A stretch of 64,000 bases of DNA from Kudoa neothunni (GCA_964304625.1 OZ199840.1:7105435-7169434); one strand, 5' to 3'. Counted from the first letter of the stretch, positions 1 to 13,850 are shown. Numbers and translations are program-made. The notes: generated from the sequence alone by a model not told the origin.

Positions 1-879
1 TGCCGACGGTGTTGTATTTGGGATTTGCACCAAAATTAGATGTTACCATAATTAGCTGAATTCTTCCTCTCGGTATTCATTTATTTTATTATAAATAACC
101 ATTAAAGAATCGACAAAAAAACAACGCTTAGAAGGGTGTTTTTGAGGTGCCACATCCTACGTTATTACCTTTGATATTTTCTACTATTGACGCGAATTAT
201 TCCACCTGATCACGGGGGAAAACTATTTGATTCATTATGGACAATGAAAAGTGTATAACTATGAAGTATACGTGATACAAATAGGAAGTAACAATTTAAA
301 TCCTAATAAAATACCGGCTTAAATAACACAAGTGGAGGATTAATCGAAGATTTCTTAAAATTTATAATTAAATTTTTTGAGAATTGAATAACCCTGCCCA
401 ACATTTGAAGTGTGAAAAAAATTATCGTGCAAGAATCGGTGAAAATAAATGAAGTTAAGAGGTTAAAATCAAGTAGCCGTCTTCTTTACCATTACCGCTC
501 AATCCTTGTAGTGTAAGTCGTTATTAATTTTCTTGAATGTAATATTCTAATAAAAAATTTTTCCACGTTATAGCTGCTATATGGATTTCCTATCCCTATA
601 TTTATTTTTGTTTATCGTTATATTTACGATTTTATAGAATATAAAAAAAATTATAAATAAAATTCTTCAAAAATTAGTCGTAATGTTTAAACACATCATC
701 TACCTTTAGGCGAATAATTTTTTAATATGTCAAAGAAAACCAAAATAAAAAGCAGCAAATAATTAATAAGTGAATTCTGCTATCTAGTGCTGTTGGCGCA
801 TCGTAAGCAAAATTTATCTTTTTTTCTTCTTCTTTCCTCCCTTACACAAAATCGTATAAGTAGGGTGAGCGTTTGATTT

Positions 880-1720
880 TTGTATATTCCTTCAGGGACA
901 TAACTTATCCAAAAATCTCCACAGAATTTATCAAGTATCCGAAACCTTTCTGGATATTCAATATTCGTTTAAAAAATGGCATGCATATCAGTATACCCAG
1001 GTACGCACGAACATCATTCCAATCGAAATCATCATAATAAGAAGAATCATAACGATAACGACCAAATTTATTGGCCATGCGGATAATTGTGGATAACAGT
1101 TGATAAGTGAATAACATACTAAAACAATCTTGAACGGTTTTTATTTTTGACGGGTGTACGCAGTTACACAAGGATTTGAATTCAGAATGTTTTATTTCCG
1201 TATCTGTTTTTCTAGGAGGGATCTCGCTACATATGTTATTTTTGTGAGTAAGAAAGTTTGTTAATGCAGTGCCAAAATCGTTAGAATCAGATGAATATTA
1301 TTGCTTTTAGATTAATTCTTCAATTTTACTTACGATGGAAGAGATTTCAGTGTAACCATCATAATTAGACATTATAATTCACAATTCAAAGTTGTCATGA
1401 GTTTTCAACGTTTGTGTAGGCAAATTATCGAAATTATGCCGTTATTTTTCCTTAAAATTAATTAAACTCCAACCAAACTCCCCAAAAATAAATTATTACA
1501 CAATTTGAACGGAAAAAACTATGGGGTCTTTTTCGACCCGAAAGGCGCCAGGTGTAAGTATTTGAGAAATAACCTATTCCTTTCTGGTTACAGAAAAATT
1601 AATATTACCTTCCAAACAATCGATTATTATAAAAGAATAGGTAGGATATCTAGAAAACTAAAGTAAGTTATGAGGGAGAAAATAACTGATTAAACCATGA
1701 CTGGGGTCGAAAACGACCTC
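880..1720 (-). mobile_element. piggyBac (PGBD4-like) transposon remnant, 5' part
   Basis: ORF 905-1171 (QDCFSMLFTYQLLSTIIRMANKF...DVRAYLGILICM) resembles the N-terminal piggyBac DDD domain. Subterminal GGGGTC-N6-GACC(C/T)(G/C) palindromes at ~1523 and ~1703 match the other piggyBac ends in the window. Boundaries approximate. Confidence 0.65.
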
Positions 1721-1735
1721 AAAATGTTCGGATGG

Positions 1736-4700
1736 TGTCGTGACTCAAGTCACGAATAAATAAACATTTACAATAAACAAAACTTATTTACTTCTTAAAC
1801 AATTGGCATTTACCCATCGGGGTCGATAGAAATTTGAACTGTTGGTTTTTTAATGCACAAAAAAGGCTAATTAATCGCTACATGATGTCGAAGTCCGATC
1901 CTCAAGATGAGGACACATCAATCCCAGCTAGACAGAAAGCTAGAAAACCTAGAAAAACTAATCAAAAGAGTGGACAGCTACTAACAAACAACACGCCAAA
2001 CACCACCCAAAACTAAAGAGACGTGATATGCATCTCCAGGAAGATTGAAAGCAACATTATTTCAATAGAGAACACAATGGAGAAACTATATCTCTCAAAT
2101 CAACATGTTGGCCGGAAAACCCAAGCAAACGTGGAGGATTTAATCGAAAGCTCCAGAAATTTAAAAATTGAGCTGGAATTCCTTTGCATGAATTACAAAG
2201 TAAACAAACAAACAAACAAATCCTCTCTTCATGTCATACCACAATTCCATCAATATTGAACCCGTCATGAACCTACCAGCACATTTTTCCAATGCACTTC
2301 TTCCAAAACTACAACTACCCAAATTTCATGGAAATATTCTGACATGGCCCGAATTTTGGGAGGCTTTCGAATCCAACATTCATGTAAACATCCAGATTAA
2401 CGTCTCATAATTCTGGGACCTCAAAAGCCTATTAGAAGGGGAAGTAGAAGGATATATCGATGGTCTTTCGGTAACTGACAACAACTACGTCGAAGGAATT
2501 CATATATTGGAAACCAGGTATGAAAATCGAGATGTAGTAATAAACAGCCACTGCCCCCAAATAGACAAGATTAACCCTCCCTGTACTGAGTGCGTGGCCA
2601 TAACGTGGAAGCCAATGGGGTTCTTTTTGACCCCAGATATAACCCATCTTAATAGCTTCAAATTTTTATCTAATTTAATCAGCACATCTTCTAACATAAT
2701 GTCACGCCATATATAGATAAATTGGATTCTGATTTTTAGTTTTCGATGCTAATCGTGAGCACGTCCAAGTAGGTCAGCTACCTCCAATTTAATTAGATTT
2801 TTAACGCCAAAATCCATGATAGGTTAACGTGAGTCACAACAACAAAAATACTCTCCCAATTAATCAATTAAAAATTAAAATAAGCCGAAAAGAAGCGGGA
2901 ACACGACCTCGCCCGGACGGCCGATGCGACAAGCATCTTCGTTATCTTTCGGAAAATTCAGAATGGATTAAATATGTTTGGATCGTCTCATTGCTTTTCA
3001 AAACACTGTATTGAGACGGTATTGAAAATTCATTTTTCATTATCATATCGAATTCTAAAAATATTTGAGGTAATATGAAAAATACAGATATTTTACTAAG
3101 ACGTTGGAAGGGGTTATTATTGTTATAAACGGTATGCGGTTGAATATATTTTCGATTATTATTCATCGTTTAATTTGTTTCTGACTTTTCCATTAAAATA
3201 TATAATCAAATATAGCCGATTATACTAAGTTAACTGCAAGACTCACTAATTGGTAGGAATCGCGTGTAATAAAATTGCTCAATTAAATTAACCCTCCACT
3301 TTTATAATGTACTGAAAAATCTCCACCCGACAGATTTTACATTAATGATAATAAATTTATATGAGAAAACTATTCGGGCCACTTGTTACATGAGATAACT
3401 TACTTTTACTTGGCATGATGTGGGCAAATAAATTTACCGCAATTAGAACGAGATAACGCGAGCTTCTAATCCATGGTCCCTGAGAAATGAAAACATCAGT
3501 TACGATATTTTTTTCTTGTAGAATCAAAATCATCTTTATAGGAAATTTTCAGATTCTGATATTTTAAAATCAGAATCATCATCGGAATTTGAGTTAAGAT
3601 TATTTTGTATAAGCTATTCGATATCATATCGTTGTATATATTATTCGAGATCATATTGTTTAGCAATAAGTAAATTTTATTTTTAAAAGGCAAATTAATA
3701 TAAAAACATTAAGAAAATTACGTTTCACTAACACAGAAGGAATGTTAATCTCATTACAGCTTTGCCAGAAATGAAATCGCATTTTGTTGAGTTATAAATA
3801 AAACCATTAAAATCTAATTCCATAAATTAAAAAAAATAATAATTGATACATTTATACTTTTTATGTTGAAAAATAAAGCAAAAAATAATCTTTCCTCATA
3901 AAACATGTGGCATTACGATTTTTTTAAATGCTTAAAACGATTAAAAATTTGTTCAATTCAAAATACATAGTTTCATCTAGGAATGCCCAGATGCATTAAT
4001 TAGTGAAATAAGAATTCTTGGAGTTAAAAGCAAAATAGCCCACGTGGGGTCACAAATGACCCCATTTCGGACCGGGGGGTTAAACTGGCTACAAACAATA
4101 CGGTACCACTAAAATTAACACTTAATATGTTGGACAAACATATTCGGTCACTGGAATCTCTTGGAGAAAAGTACATTCGCAACATCCATTGATAACCTTG
4201 AAAACCAACGCAACCCTTGACATTGGAAGTGAGAGGTCTTTCATAACCGAAGATCTGTCTAACAAACTAAAGTTAACCAACCATGAAAGAGACAATCTTC
4301 AAATAAATACTTTTGGTTCACCGTCTCACAAACGGATTCAAAGCAAAATCGTGGAGGTGCTACTCGACGCAGAGGAAGGAAAAATGAAATTGTTAGCCAA
4401 CTCAACAAAGCACATCACCAATCCCATAGTGCATCAACCCATTCCTGATAATATTAAAATGAAGATAAAACAAATGAATATTGATAACCCGAATGAAACG
4501 AGTATCAAACACATTGATATATTAATTGGTCTGGACTATTTCTATGAAATATTTAAATCTGTCAAACAAAAGATTCGATTAGGACTTTACATCGTTTATA
4601 CTACGATTGGGCAGCTAATTGTTGGTAGAATTGAAGCTAACGACTCAAAAATGGTTCAACCAGCAACAATAACTCTATGTACAATCGACCACAAAAACGC

Positions 4701-5510
4701 AACTGAGGATCCAATTGAAAAACTATGGGCGATCGAATTTCTGGGTAAAGAGACACATAGTAACGAGAACGTGGATCTCACTCAAAATTTCAACAGAAGT
4801 GTAGCAAAAATTGACAATCGATATGTAGTATCTTTACCTTGGACCTTCCATGGTAAAAATCTGCCCACAAGTTACCATTTGGCTAGAGGAAGACTGAAAA
4901 GTTCGATAAAACGGATAAGTTGCGACGGATCACTAATAAAAGAATATAATAAAATATTCGAAACTCAAATGGAACAAGATGTAACTGAGAAAATCGTTGA
5001 CGAACCACCCACAAAAAATAAGTGTCACTACATTCCACACCATTTTGTCACATCAAATAGTTCGACAACAAAACTCCGTATCGTTTTTGATGCATCAGCC
5101 AAAACGAACAAAGAAAAACCAAGCTTTAATGAATGTCTGCACGAAGGTCCTATCATGATAGAGGATCCCTGTTGAATTTTGATGCGGTTCCGACTCAAAA
5201 AAATGGCGGTAACGGCCGACATCGAAAAGGCGTATCACCAAATCATCATTTCTCCAAAGGGTCGAGATTACACTCGATTTTTATGGCTGAATGATATAAA
5301 TTCTCCAACCCTAGCAAATAATGTAGCAACATATCGATTCAAGAGAATTCCATTCGGTATTATCTCCTCATCGTTTCTTCCCCGATCCACAATATCATAC
5401 CATCTCGACTATACTCCAACAAAATATCCGATGAAATCAACAAATCATTATACGTAGACAATTTACTACATTGTTTCCACGATCTGAGTACAGCTTTCAA
5501 CGCTTACAAC
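1736..5510 (+). mobile_element. BEL/Pao LTR retrotransposon, degenerate and 3'-truncated (gag, protease, RT)
   Basis: Gag motif LPKLQLPKFHGNILTWPEFWEAFES (~2300-2370). Protease LDIGSERSFIT. RT motifs YIPHHFV..STTKLRIVFDASAK, ADIEKAYHQI, RFLW, RIPFGIISS and YVDN (~5450). The gag frame resumes at 4084 after the piggyBac insertion. Contains stops and frameshifts. Confidence 0.9.
2575..4079. mobile_element. non-autonomous piggyBac-type element inserted in BEL gag
   Basis: TTAA at 2571-2574 and 4080-4083, CCC...GGG termini, and GGGGT(T/C)-N6-GACCCC palindromes at ~2617 and ~4046. Removing it rejoins gag as IDKIKLATNNTVPLKLTLNMLDKHIRSLESLGE. Confidence 0.85.
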
Positions 5511-5599
5511 TAGGATTTCCTCGATACCAATAAAATTTCGTTTTTTAAACCATTTATAATGAAGAATAATGTGTCAAATAACATTAAAATGTATCAAGA

Positions 5600-7708
5600 T
5601 AGTGGTGACGGATAATCGGCAGTATGACTAATTCGCACTTTTTATCTCTAGCGTAAATTACGCGTAGTTTGAATTTATTTTTCTCATCTATTAATACTAA
5701 TGTAATAATTAAAACTTGAGATACATTTAGAAAGATTTATTTTGTTAAGGTATTTTATAAAAACGCAATTATGGTCCATTGTTAGGTAATCGGCGCATCT
5801 TTCTGTGCTGTCGCCCAGAACATGTGCACCGATTTCAGCCTGCTTAGTAACATGACTGGAAAGAAATCTCATATATAGCGTACATTGAATGAAAAATATG
5901 ACATATTGAAGTATTTTGGGAATCAACCACCTCGGGGGGCAAAAAGCCAGACTGTTAAACATTTCAATCTTAAATCTATATCTACATTAAATAGTATATT
6001 ATCAAAGAAAGCTGAGATTAAACAAACTGTTGAAGGTGGACTGGCAATAAAAAGTTGTGTAACATTAAAGCAAGGTGCAAAAAAAGAAATAGATCAGCAG
6101 GTATATGAGTGGATTCCTTGGATGACAACAAGAAATTAATAAAAACGCTGAAGATGTTAGCTACGGTTGGATTCGTGGTTTCAAAGAGCGGTTCAATTTA
6201 CGCAGATTAATCATTCACGGAGAAGGGAACATTGTTGAAACAAAAACTATTGAAGAAGGAACTTGTGGTTGAAGGAAATCTTGAAGAATTATAAAGCTGA
6301 ATAAGTTTATAATCTAGATGAGACAGCTTAGTTTTATCAGCAGCACCCAAGCATGATTAATAAAATTAAAGTCAATCAGGATATATTATTTTGTTAAATT
6401 TTTAATTTGGGAAGAAGTTATGTTCTTTCTAACGAGACAATTGCTAAATGCTTTAAACGATCAAAAAAGTCACACTTTTACTGGGTTTCTCAATGTTAGG
6501 TGAAAAACTTGAACCCGTTCGTTGTATTTGGTCATTATGCCCGTCCAAGATGTTTTGAAAACCTAACACAAACACCAGTCACATGTTATTCAAACAACAA
6601 AGCCTGGATGACGTCTGATATATTTATCAATTATTTAATCAATTAAATAACAATCTTACGAAACAAACGAAACAAGAAAATATTAGTATTTCTTGATAAT
6701 GCTAGTTGTCACCCACCGCTAGAGTTACCCAATATTGAATTGGATTAATTTTTCCTCAGAAACGTTACTTTAGTATTACAACCCATGGATCAAAGTGTTA
6801 TTAATCTATTCTAGCCTATTTACAAAAGACATCGGATACAAAGATCAACTTTTTTAATTGAAACCCGTGAGTATTCTAAATGCATTAGTGTTAATTAAAG
6901 AATCCAGGGAAGATATAACGAGACAAACTATATCTAATTGTTTTAAAAAGGCAGGATTTATTTTCGAAACTTATGGTAAATTGACCAACATAAGGTTTTT
7001 ATTAAACAAATATTATTTAGAAACGAAAGAAAGTGAAGAAGAATCTTTGGTCACATCGGATGAAGATAATTGTTCTGATTTCCTCGAATCTATAAATGAA
7101 GAAAATTTCATTAGAATCTGCAAATTTGATGGAAGTTATGACAATAAAAGCGTTGATACTCCATATATGATTGAAGTCTCATCTGAATCGGATTGCGAGG
7201 AAAAACATGAAGAATCTTAGAATTCAAAAGAAGCTTTCAAATGCCTTGAATACCTTTAAGGTTATTTTACAAAGAATGATTCTAATGTATGTAAATACTT
7301 ACATATACATATACATGAGGAAAGAATTTTTGCAATCTCAGCAAAAAATTAAAAACAAACTAAAATTACAAGTTTTTTTCAAAAGAAGACAAAATAATAG
7401 CTTGATATGACGATAATTTATGGCAGCGATTCCCAACCAAACTGGACTCGCACCCCCATTTTTGGACAAATCGAAATTCGCACTCCTTTGCATACGATAA
7501 GGTGTAACTGACTTAAATTTATCAAAAATTATTTTCAATTTTGATCGGATCTCGCACCACCTAGACCAAAGTTCGCACCCTCTGACGGGAATCCCAGATT
7601 TGTTTTAATGCGCGTGCGCCCAAACGTGCCGATTATCCATCATTGCTGTGGACAATCGGCATTTTTCCTCCAGTCCCATGGGGATTACGTATTACCCGTC
7701 ACCCACTG
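5600..7708 (+). mobile_element. pogo/Tigger (CENP-B-like DDE_1) transposon, degenerate
   Basis: Imperfect TIRs (AGTGGTGACGGATAA / TTACCCGTCACCCACTG+TA). Broken transposase at ~5860-7400 with motifs HGE, YNLDETA, KAWMT, FLDNASCH and LQPMDQ, paralogous to the 10487-12024 transposase. Confidence 0.85.
7424..7597. mobile_element. hAT-type MITE (~175 bp), copy 1
   Basis: Starts CAGCGATTCCCAAC and ends GGGAATCCCAG. Colinear with the copy at 53108-53283. Confidence 0.8.
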
Positions 7709-7982
7709 TATAATACATCTTGATAATTCGTTAGTTTGGATCGCATAAAGGACGTTCAACATAGTACCCAAACAATTTTACTAACTTTATATAATACACG
7801 GGAAAATTTTTGGTAAAGTGTTTCCATTAATTTATATTTTGATGTCGAATAAAACCCAAATTGAATATGAGAAAGTACTTTGTATTCTAACCGAAAACAT
7901 GAATGTCAAGTTCTCTGATAACATTATTTGGTTATTAGCTTCCAAAAGGTCCACCACGGATTCATCAACGTAAGGGAGGATA

Positions 7983-9571
7983 CAGTATTTCAAGATCTAA
8001 ATGCAACTAGGTAAAACCAAAATGCAACTGGGTAAAATCAAAACGCAACCGGCGCGCGTTGAATGCCAATATGTAAAATCAGAATGCAACCCATAAGCGT
8101 GGACGTATAATTTTCATACAGGAACTAAAAAACTTATATTTTAATTGATAATTATATAATTTAAGCGCCGATCACACGTTACATCTCATAAAATAAACTA
8201 TTAGAATTTAATTAAGTTGATTTACTACGCTCGCCTTACAAACTAGTTATAAGCTATCGTTAATGCGTCGATGCCATCATTTAAATAATGATTCTTATTT
8301 ATAACTAAAGATGAATTCTGAAGATTAATCTCAATTAAATAGGAAATTGCATGACATTTAACTTTAATTTGTGTAAATTCAGCGCACGCTAAGTTAAAAT
8401 GTCAGCACTCGGCAATAACCAACAAAACAACAACCTTCCTAAAAGAAAATACATTACCCTCAGTGATGAAATTAGGAATCTTGTTGTTACGTTATCGGAA
8501 GCAATTATTTTGTTGCCTTTCTTAGTTTACATTTATTAGGAAAATTATACAAACAGTTTTATTGCCGAAAAAACGGGCGTTCATAAATCCACCATTTGAA
8601 GAATATTACGCAAAAGCTTAGAAAATGGGGCTGAAATAGCAGCAAAAAAGGGTGGCGACAGAAGATCGAAATTGGATGAATCTCACAAACAATATATTCG
8701 TGAATTAGTGGATGACGATTGCACCGTTACCTTGGAAACAATCGCTAAAAAACTTCTGGACGAAGTTAATATCGAAGTAACCAGACAAACTGTAAGTAAA
8801 TGCTTATGTGATTTTCATCATACCTTGGGACGGATTTCGATCGTCCCGTTAGCTAGAAATTCGCCAAATAACATAATAAAGAGAAAAAAGTTATTATTTT
8901 AGTTATGATGTTTACTTACATCAAATAGTTATGTGCTTGAGTATTTACAAAATAAGCCCATGTATTCGTCAGTGATTTTCATTGATGAAGCGGGATTTTC
9001 ATTATCCATGCGGCGATCATTTGGGCAGTCACTCTCTGGAACAAGAGCGAATCTCAAAAAATATAACCTTAATAGCTGCCATAAGTGCTGAAAAGGTTTG
9101 GACTTTCCATTTGGAAAGTGGATCCGTTAACCAAAATATATTTTATAATTTCATCAGCAAGTTATCTGATGATCTAGCTAACGAGGGGGTCGAACGTGCT
9201 CTCCTCATAATGGATAATGTTCGGTTCCATAAAACGAATACCATAACTGAGCTTGTAGAGTCAAGCAATCACAAACTGTTGTTTTTGCCGCCCTATTCCC
9301 CCTTCCTCAATCCTATTGAAGAGTTTTTTCACCAAGTGAAAACCATCGTGAGAAACAGATATCCTCAAAATCATGAACAATTGATGTCTGCTATTATGGA
9401 GAGCCCAGCGGAAGTTTCTGTTAATCATTTGAATAATTATTCAAATCATGCTGAATCATATTTCCCAGAGTGTATAAATATGGAGATTATCAATAATTAG
9501 TTTAAATATCCAACGAAAGAAAAATGTTGCATTTTGATTTTACCCAGTTGCATTTAGATCTTGAAATACTG
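7983..9571 (+). mobile_element. Tc1/IS630-like DD34E DNA transposon
   Basis: TIR CAGTATTTCAAGATCTAAATGCAACT(A/G)GGTAAAA at both ends, TA TSDs at 7981-7982 and 9572-9573, and subterminal ATGCAAC repeats. Confidence 0.95.
8399..9500 (+). pseudogene. DD34E transposase with two 39-nt introns (8501-8539, 8890-8928)
   Basis: Spliced product reads MSALG...IAEKTGVHKSTI*RIL (HTH)...VIFIDEAGF...IMDNVRFH...LPPYSPFLNPIEE. One nonsense codon (~8597) and one frameshift (~9050). Confidence 0.85.
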
Positions 9572-10396
9572 TATGATATGCCTTGCACACTCGATTTCGT
9601 TACAGTTTGAGGTCGATGGTAGGAGCGTGAAAGATCGTTGGAATTTGGAAAATTTGTCGCCATAGCCATTAACCCTCACGGGGCGATGCTCCAAAAATTG
9701 ATGTACGTTCCGGTGTGGGGTCAAAAATGACCCCAACGATATTTCGTAATTTAAGTTCGGAATTCCAAAAAAAATTATTCAGAATTTTTAATGTTATAAA
9801 TATTTAATATAAAAGATTAAATAGTTTAAATTATTTTTCCATCATTGGGAAAAATGGGTTAACCCGTAGGAGTTTGTTGGTTCACATGAACTGACCCACA
9901 CAACCTACTAACCTCGTTCATTCATTACCGGTCAATGATTTTGCATTGGAATAGTGTGATTTGAGATCAAAAAGTTCAATACAACTAATTTTCGCCATAT
10001 ATATTTGAGGAACAAGGAAACCGCTCCGGCAGTAGATATCCGAAGATTTTCTGTTAATCTTATGTTGTAAGAATAGGATTATATTTGCAACGTGGGTATT
10101 TTCGCTCTCATGAGTCATCGAAGAGCAATCAAAATCTTCATCTATTGACGAATCCATCATTTCTACATGATCTGCATAATATGAAATATCTGACGATCCT
10201 TCAAATTCAACATCACTGTCTACTTCACTGTTTTCGACAGAATCATTTAACAGATCTTCATATAGTTTTCTTGACATAACCTTAAAAGAATTTTTTCGGT
10301 CAAAAATAAAAATAAACTTATAGTTACCATTAATATAACCGTAAACAAACGGTGCGCGTTTAAGCTAAATTTGTTAATCCTCAACTAATTCACATA

Positions 10397-12339
10397 CAGT
10401 GGTTGACGGATTCTACGTAGTACCGATTTTACGTACTTTTTTAAAAAACGTTGCGCACGTTTTCTGTCTCTTTCGTAGACTCTGGAATGGCTAAAACAAT
10501 AAAAAAACATCGAACATTAAAAGATAAACTCGATATCATAAAGTATTATGATACGCTACCAAAAAAAGGAGCGAAGGCAGCCACAATTAAAAAATTTAAT
10601 TTACTCACAATATCATCCTTGAATAGCATTCTCGATAAAAGACAAGAAATTGAAACCAACGACGAGTCTGGTCTAATTTCATCGAAAAGAAAAAATTTAA
10701 AACTGGGGAAAGAGAATGATATCGATGAAGCTGTTTTTAACTGGTTCAATGTTATGAGGAGCAAAAACGTCGAACTATCCATATACGATATTATTTCTAA
10801 ACGAAACGATATTGCCAAATCGAGGGGCGACAATTCTACTGCTACCACAGGTTGGTTTAGAGGATTTAAAACTCGCTTCAACCTGAGAAGGGTTACCTTC
10901 CATGGTGAATCTGCCTCGGTAGATCCAACGGTTGTGGATGATTGGAAGTTACGTTTAGCTGATGTTTCATCCGGTTTCTCTCCTGATTGCGTATACAATT
11001 TAGACGAAACGGCACTTTATTACCAACGGCAGAGAGGTAAACAATTAATAATTAAATATTAATAAATATTTCACAGGTAAAAGCTATGTTGCTTCTAATG
11101 AACGAAATAACGGATGCCTAAAAAATTAAAAAAAGAGTGACCATCTTATTTGGTGCTTCCATGACTGGTGAAAAGCTTGATCCGCTTGTAATAGGACATT
11201 TTTGTAAACCTCGATGTTTTAAAAATGTGCCTAATTTGCCAGTCGCTTACGAACATTCAAAAAAAGCTTGGATGAATGGAGCCATCTTTAGGAGATACCT
11301 GTTAAAATTGAATAGTTTTTTCAGGAGTAAAAACAAAAAAGTACTCCTATTCGTCGACAATGCAAGTTGCCATATTCATTCCGACCTTAGTAATATCACT
11401 ATCGAGTATCTACCCAAGAATAGTACGAGTGTGTTGCAGCCCCTTGATCAAGGGATTATTCGTTCCTTTAAGGTTTCGTACATTTCAAAATTGATACAAA
11501 GGAATATTGCTTATGTTGAAGCCGAAATGACTCCTAACCCTCCAGACCTCCTAGATGCTCTGATGATGATAAAAAATGCTTGGCATGATGTTAAGCAACA
11601 GACTGTCATTAATTGTTTTGAAAAAGCTGGTTTTATCAAACATGATACAAATATTTTAAATGAAGTCAACATCACTCAAACAAATGAAAGGATAGAGCCT
11701 GAATTGTCTTTGGAAATCGATGAAATAATGAATGAGGAAGATCAGGAACAAACTAAAGATGATTTTGAAGATTTCCAACAATATTCTGATAAACTGGATA
11801 ATAAATCAGATGAGGAGTTCCAACTCGAAGTCGAAGACAGCATCACTTCAAAATGCGCACTAGAGTGTATAAATAAATTGAAAACCTATTTTAGAAATAA
11901 TAAACTTGAATATTATGGACTTCTTTTGAATATTGAAGAAAATGTAGTTGGAAACATAAATAAAAATTTAGTTCAAACTAAAATATCAAACTTCTTCCCA
12001 AAAACATCGAATAAATCGGTATAATTTTTTTTATTTTGTGTATTTTTTGGAGATAATAAATTTGGTTTAAATGGGTATTCTCTAAGGTATATTTAAAGAG
12101 TGAGGCCAATTAAATTAAGTGAAATTACGCATTAAATTATTAAAATCTCGTCGCGAATATTCAAATGATTTCCGCTCACACTCAGTAATATTTGGAATTT
12201 TTAAATTAGTTCTTCATCAGATAATTACGATAATTCATGGAAATGCACAGAATATATGTATAAGGATAGAAAAAAATCAAATATATAAATGATGGGGGAA
12301 CGCATGCGCACAAAAGTACGTAAAATCCGTCAATCACTG
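10397..12339 (+). mobile_element. pogo/Tigger transposon, near full length
   Basis: TIR CAGTG(G/A)TTGACGGATT(C/T)TACGTA at both ends with TA TSDs. Confidence 0.95.
10487..12024 (+). pseudogene. pogo/Tigger (TIGD/CENP-B-like) transposase with 40-nt intron 11037-11076
   Basis: HTH region GWFRGFKTRF..FHGES and motifs VYNLDETAL, KAWMN, FVDNASCH, VLQPLDQGII (DD29D). After splicing, only a +1 shift in the A-runs at ~11120-11134 breaks the frame. Confidence 0.9.
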
Positions 12340-12814
12340 TAATATCGTTATTTATTGGTAAACAGTCAAAAATTACTTTTTCTGATTAAAATTTTAACTA
12401 TTTAACTCTCATATTGATTTTTTATCTATAAAAATTGTAAATTATGGAGCAAAATATTGATGTTTAGGACGAATTTGTGAAACATGCGTTAAAATGAAGC
12501 CATAATTTTTTAGAATTTTTGTATAAGTATTTGTTTTATGAATATAAATTCAAAGAAGGACACATTATCTTGGAATTGATAAAATCTTGAGAAATTTGAA
12601 GATAAAATCAGCGGGAAAACACTAAAATACAAAAATTGGGGTCGAGATTGACCCCACACCGTCCCGCAAGGGTTAAGCCTTTTCAGGTTTAAAATATGGT
12701 GTAATCCAACAACCCTGTCACTATATGTAACGACTGTAGCTGACTTTCAATATGAAGAATCCGCCATATTATATACATACGCGTGACTCATAAACAGGAT
12801 TACTACTAAATATT

Positions 12815-12920
12815 TATGAGCTTGGTTACACACCGATACCGCAATTTTCGTAACGAGTACGAGTACTCCAGATTTCAGTATTCGCCGATACCGATACCCA
12901 TTCCGATACCATGTTCTACG
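12815..12920. repeat. probable hAT element end with CGATAC/CGAGTA subterminal repeats
   Basis: Clustered CCGATAC and CGAGTA hexamers, similar in style to the CGAACA/CGGTT repeats at other hAT ends here. No partner end found. Confidence 0.45.
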
Positions 12921-13065
12921 CATGCTCATATTTTGATTTTCAATTATTTTAGACGTTTGTTGTATTATAATGAGATTACCTCGAAATTTTTGGTCGTTCA
13001 AAAAAAGGTTAATTTATCTAAAATTTACTGTGTTTACTTAATAAGGGAACCTACCTGATTGTGGG

Positions 13066-13850
13066 TGTGGTAAAGTAGGCGGCACCGAAAAAACGTCCCC
13101 TTGCGCATGTTTTATCGTATTTCTTTTTTCACGATTCTTGATAATAAAACAAAAGAATATGGAGAGTAAAAATTTAGCTCAACATAATAACTTCAAATCT
13201 TGAAAATTTTTCATTATAATAAAAATACTTTGTGAACTTTAAAATATAGATATGAATGTAGTAAGATCTGTGTTAGCTTATAATTCTTTTATTAAATTTT
13301 TTATTAGAAATTAAGGATTACTCTGTTTTTATTATTAACATTCAGGAACCTAAATTTTAAAAATGGTTATATTAATTTTTTTATCTTTAAGTATGTGTAA
13401 AACATTTTTAAAGTATATTTTTATTGTTATATAAGTTTTTTTATGTTCCAAAATTCCCAAACAACAAATTCGGCGCAAGATACTGATTGTGAATATTTCA
13501 AGTTGTAACACAATATGTTAATTAAGGTTATTATTTTATCGGACACATATAATTGACTTAAAATAATAAATTTATAGAAACAAAATTTTTTTGAAGACAT
13601 AATAACCACAATTTTACGTTCATTGGATGATGGACTAAACACACGTTAAAATTCCCCCAATCAAGTAATAACTTCCTATAATCTGCCTTAAGTTATTTCC
13701 CTATTTAAATTTAATGTTGATCTAAAATATTATGCTGATTAATTATTAATGAACTAATCAGCTCCAAGAAAATTAAGAAAATATATTTTGGGAGCACGTG
13801 ATTGTCTTCTCGCCTCGAAATTATTCATGCTAAAAACCTATATAATTAAA
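13066..13850. mobile_element. non-autonomous long-TIR element, truncated copy (family also at 24500 and 35850)
   Basis: Starts GGTAAAGTAGGCGGCACC and is colinear with 24500-25500 and 36000-36650. Confidence 0.75.

Larger units (their letters stand above)
9673..12672 (-). mobile_element. internally deleted piggyBac element carrying a nested pogo
   Basis: TTAA TSDs at 9669-9672 and 12673-12676. TIR CCCTCACGGGGCGATG vs CCCTTGCGGGACGGTG. GGGGTC-N6-GACCCC at 9717 and 12638. Acidic ORF 9918-10277 resembles the N-terminus of the piggyBac transposase at 29620-30033. Confidence 0.88.

Noticed and set aside
10546-10998. Antisense ORFs over transposases (also 5028-5222, 45772-46143, 51394-51651)
   Set aside because: Shadow frames of the opposite-strand coding sequence.
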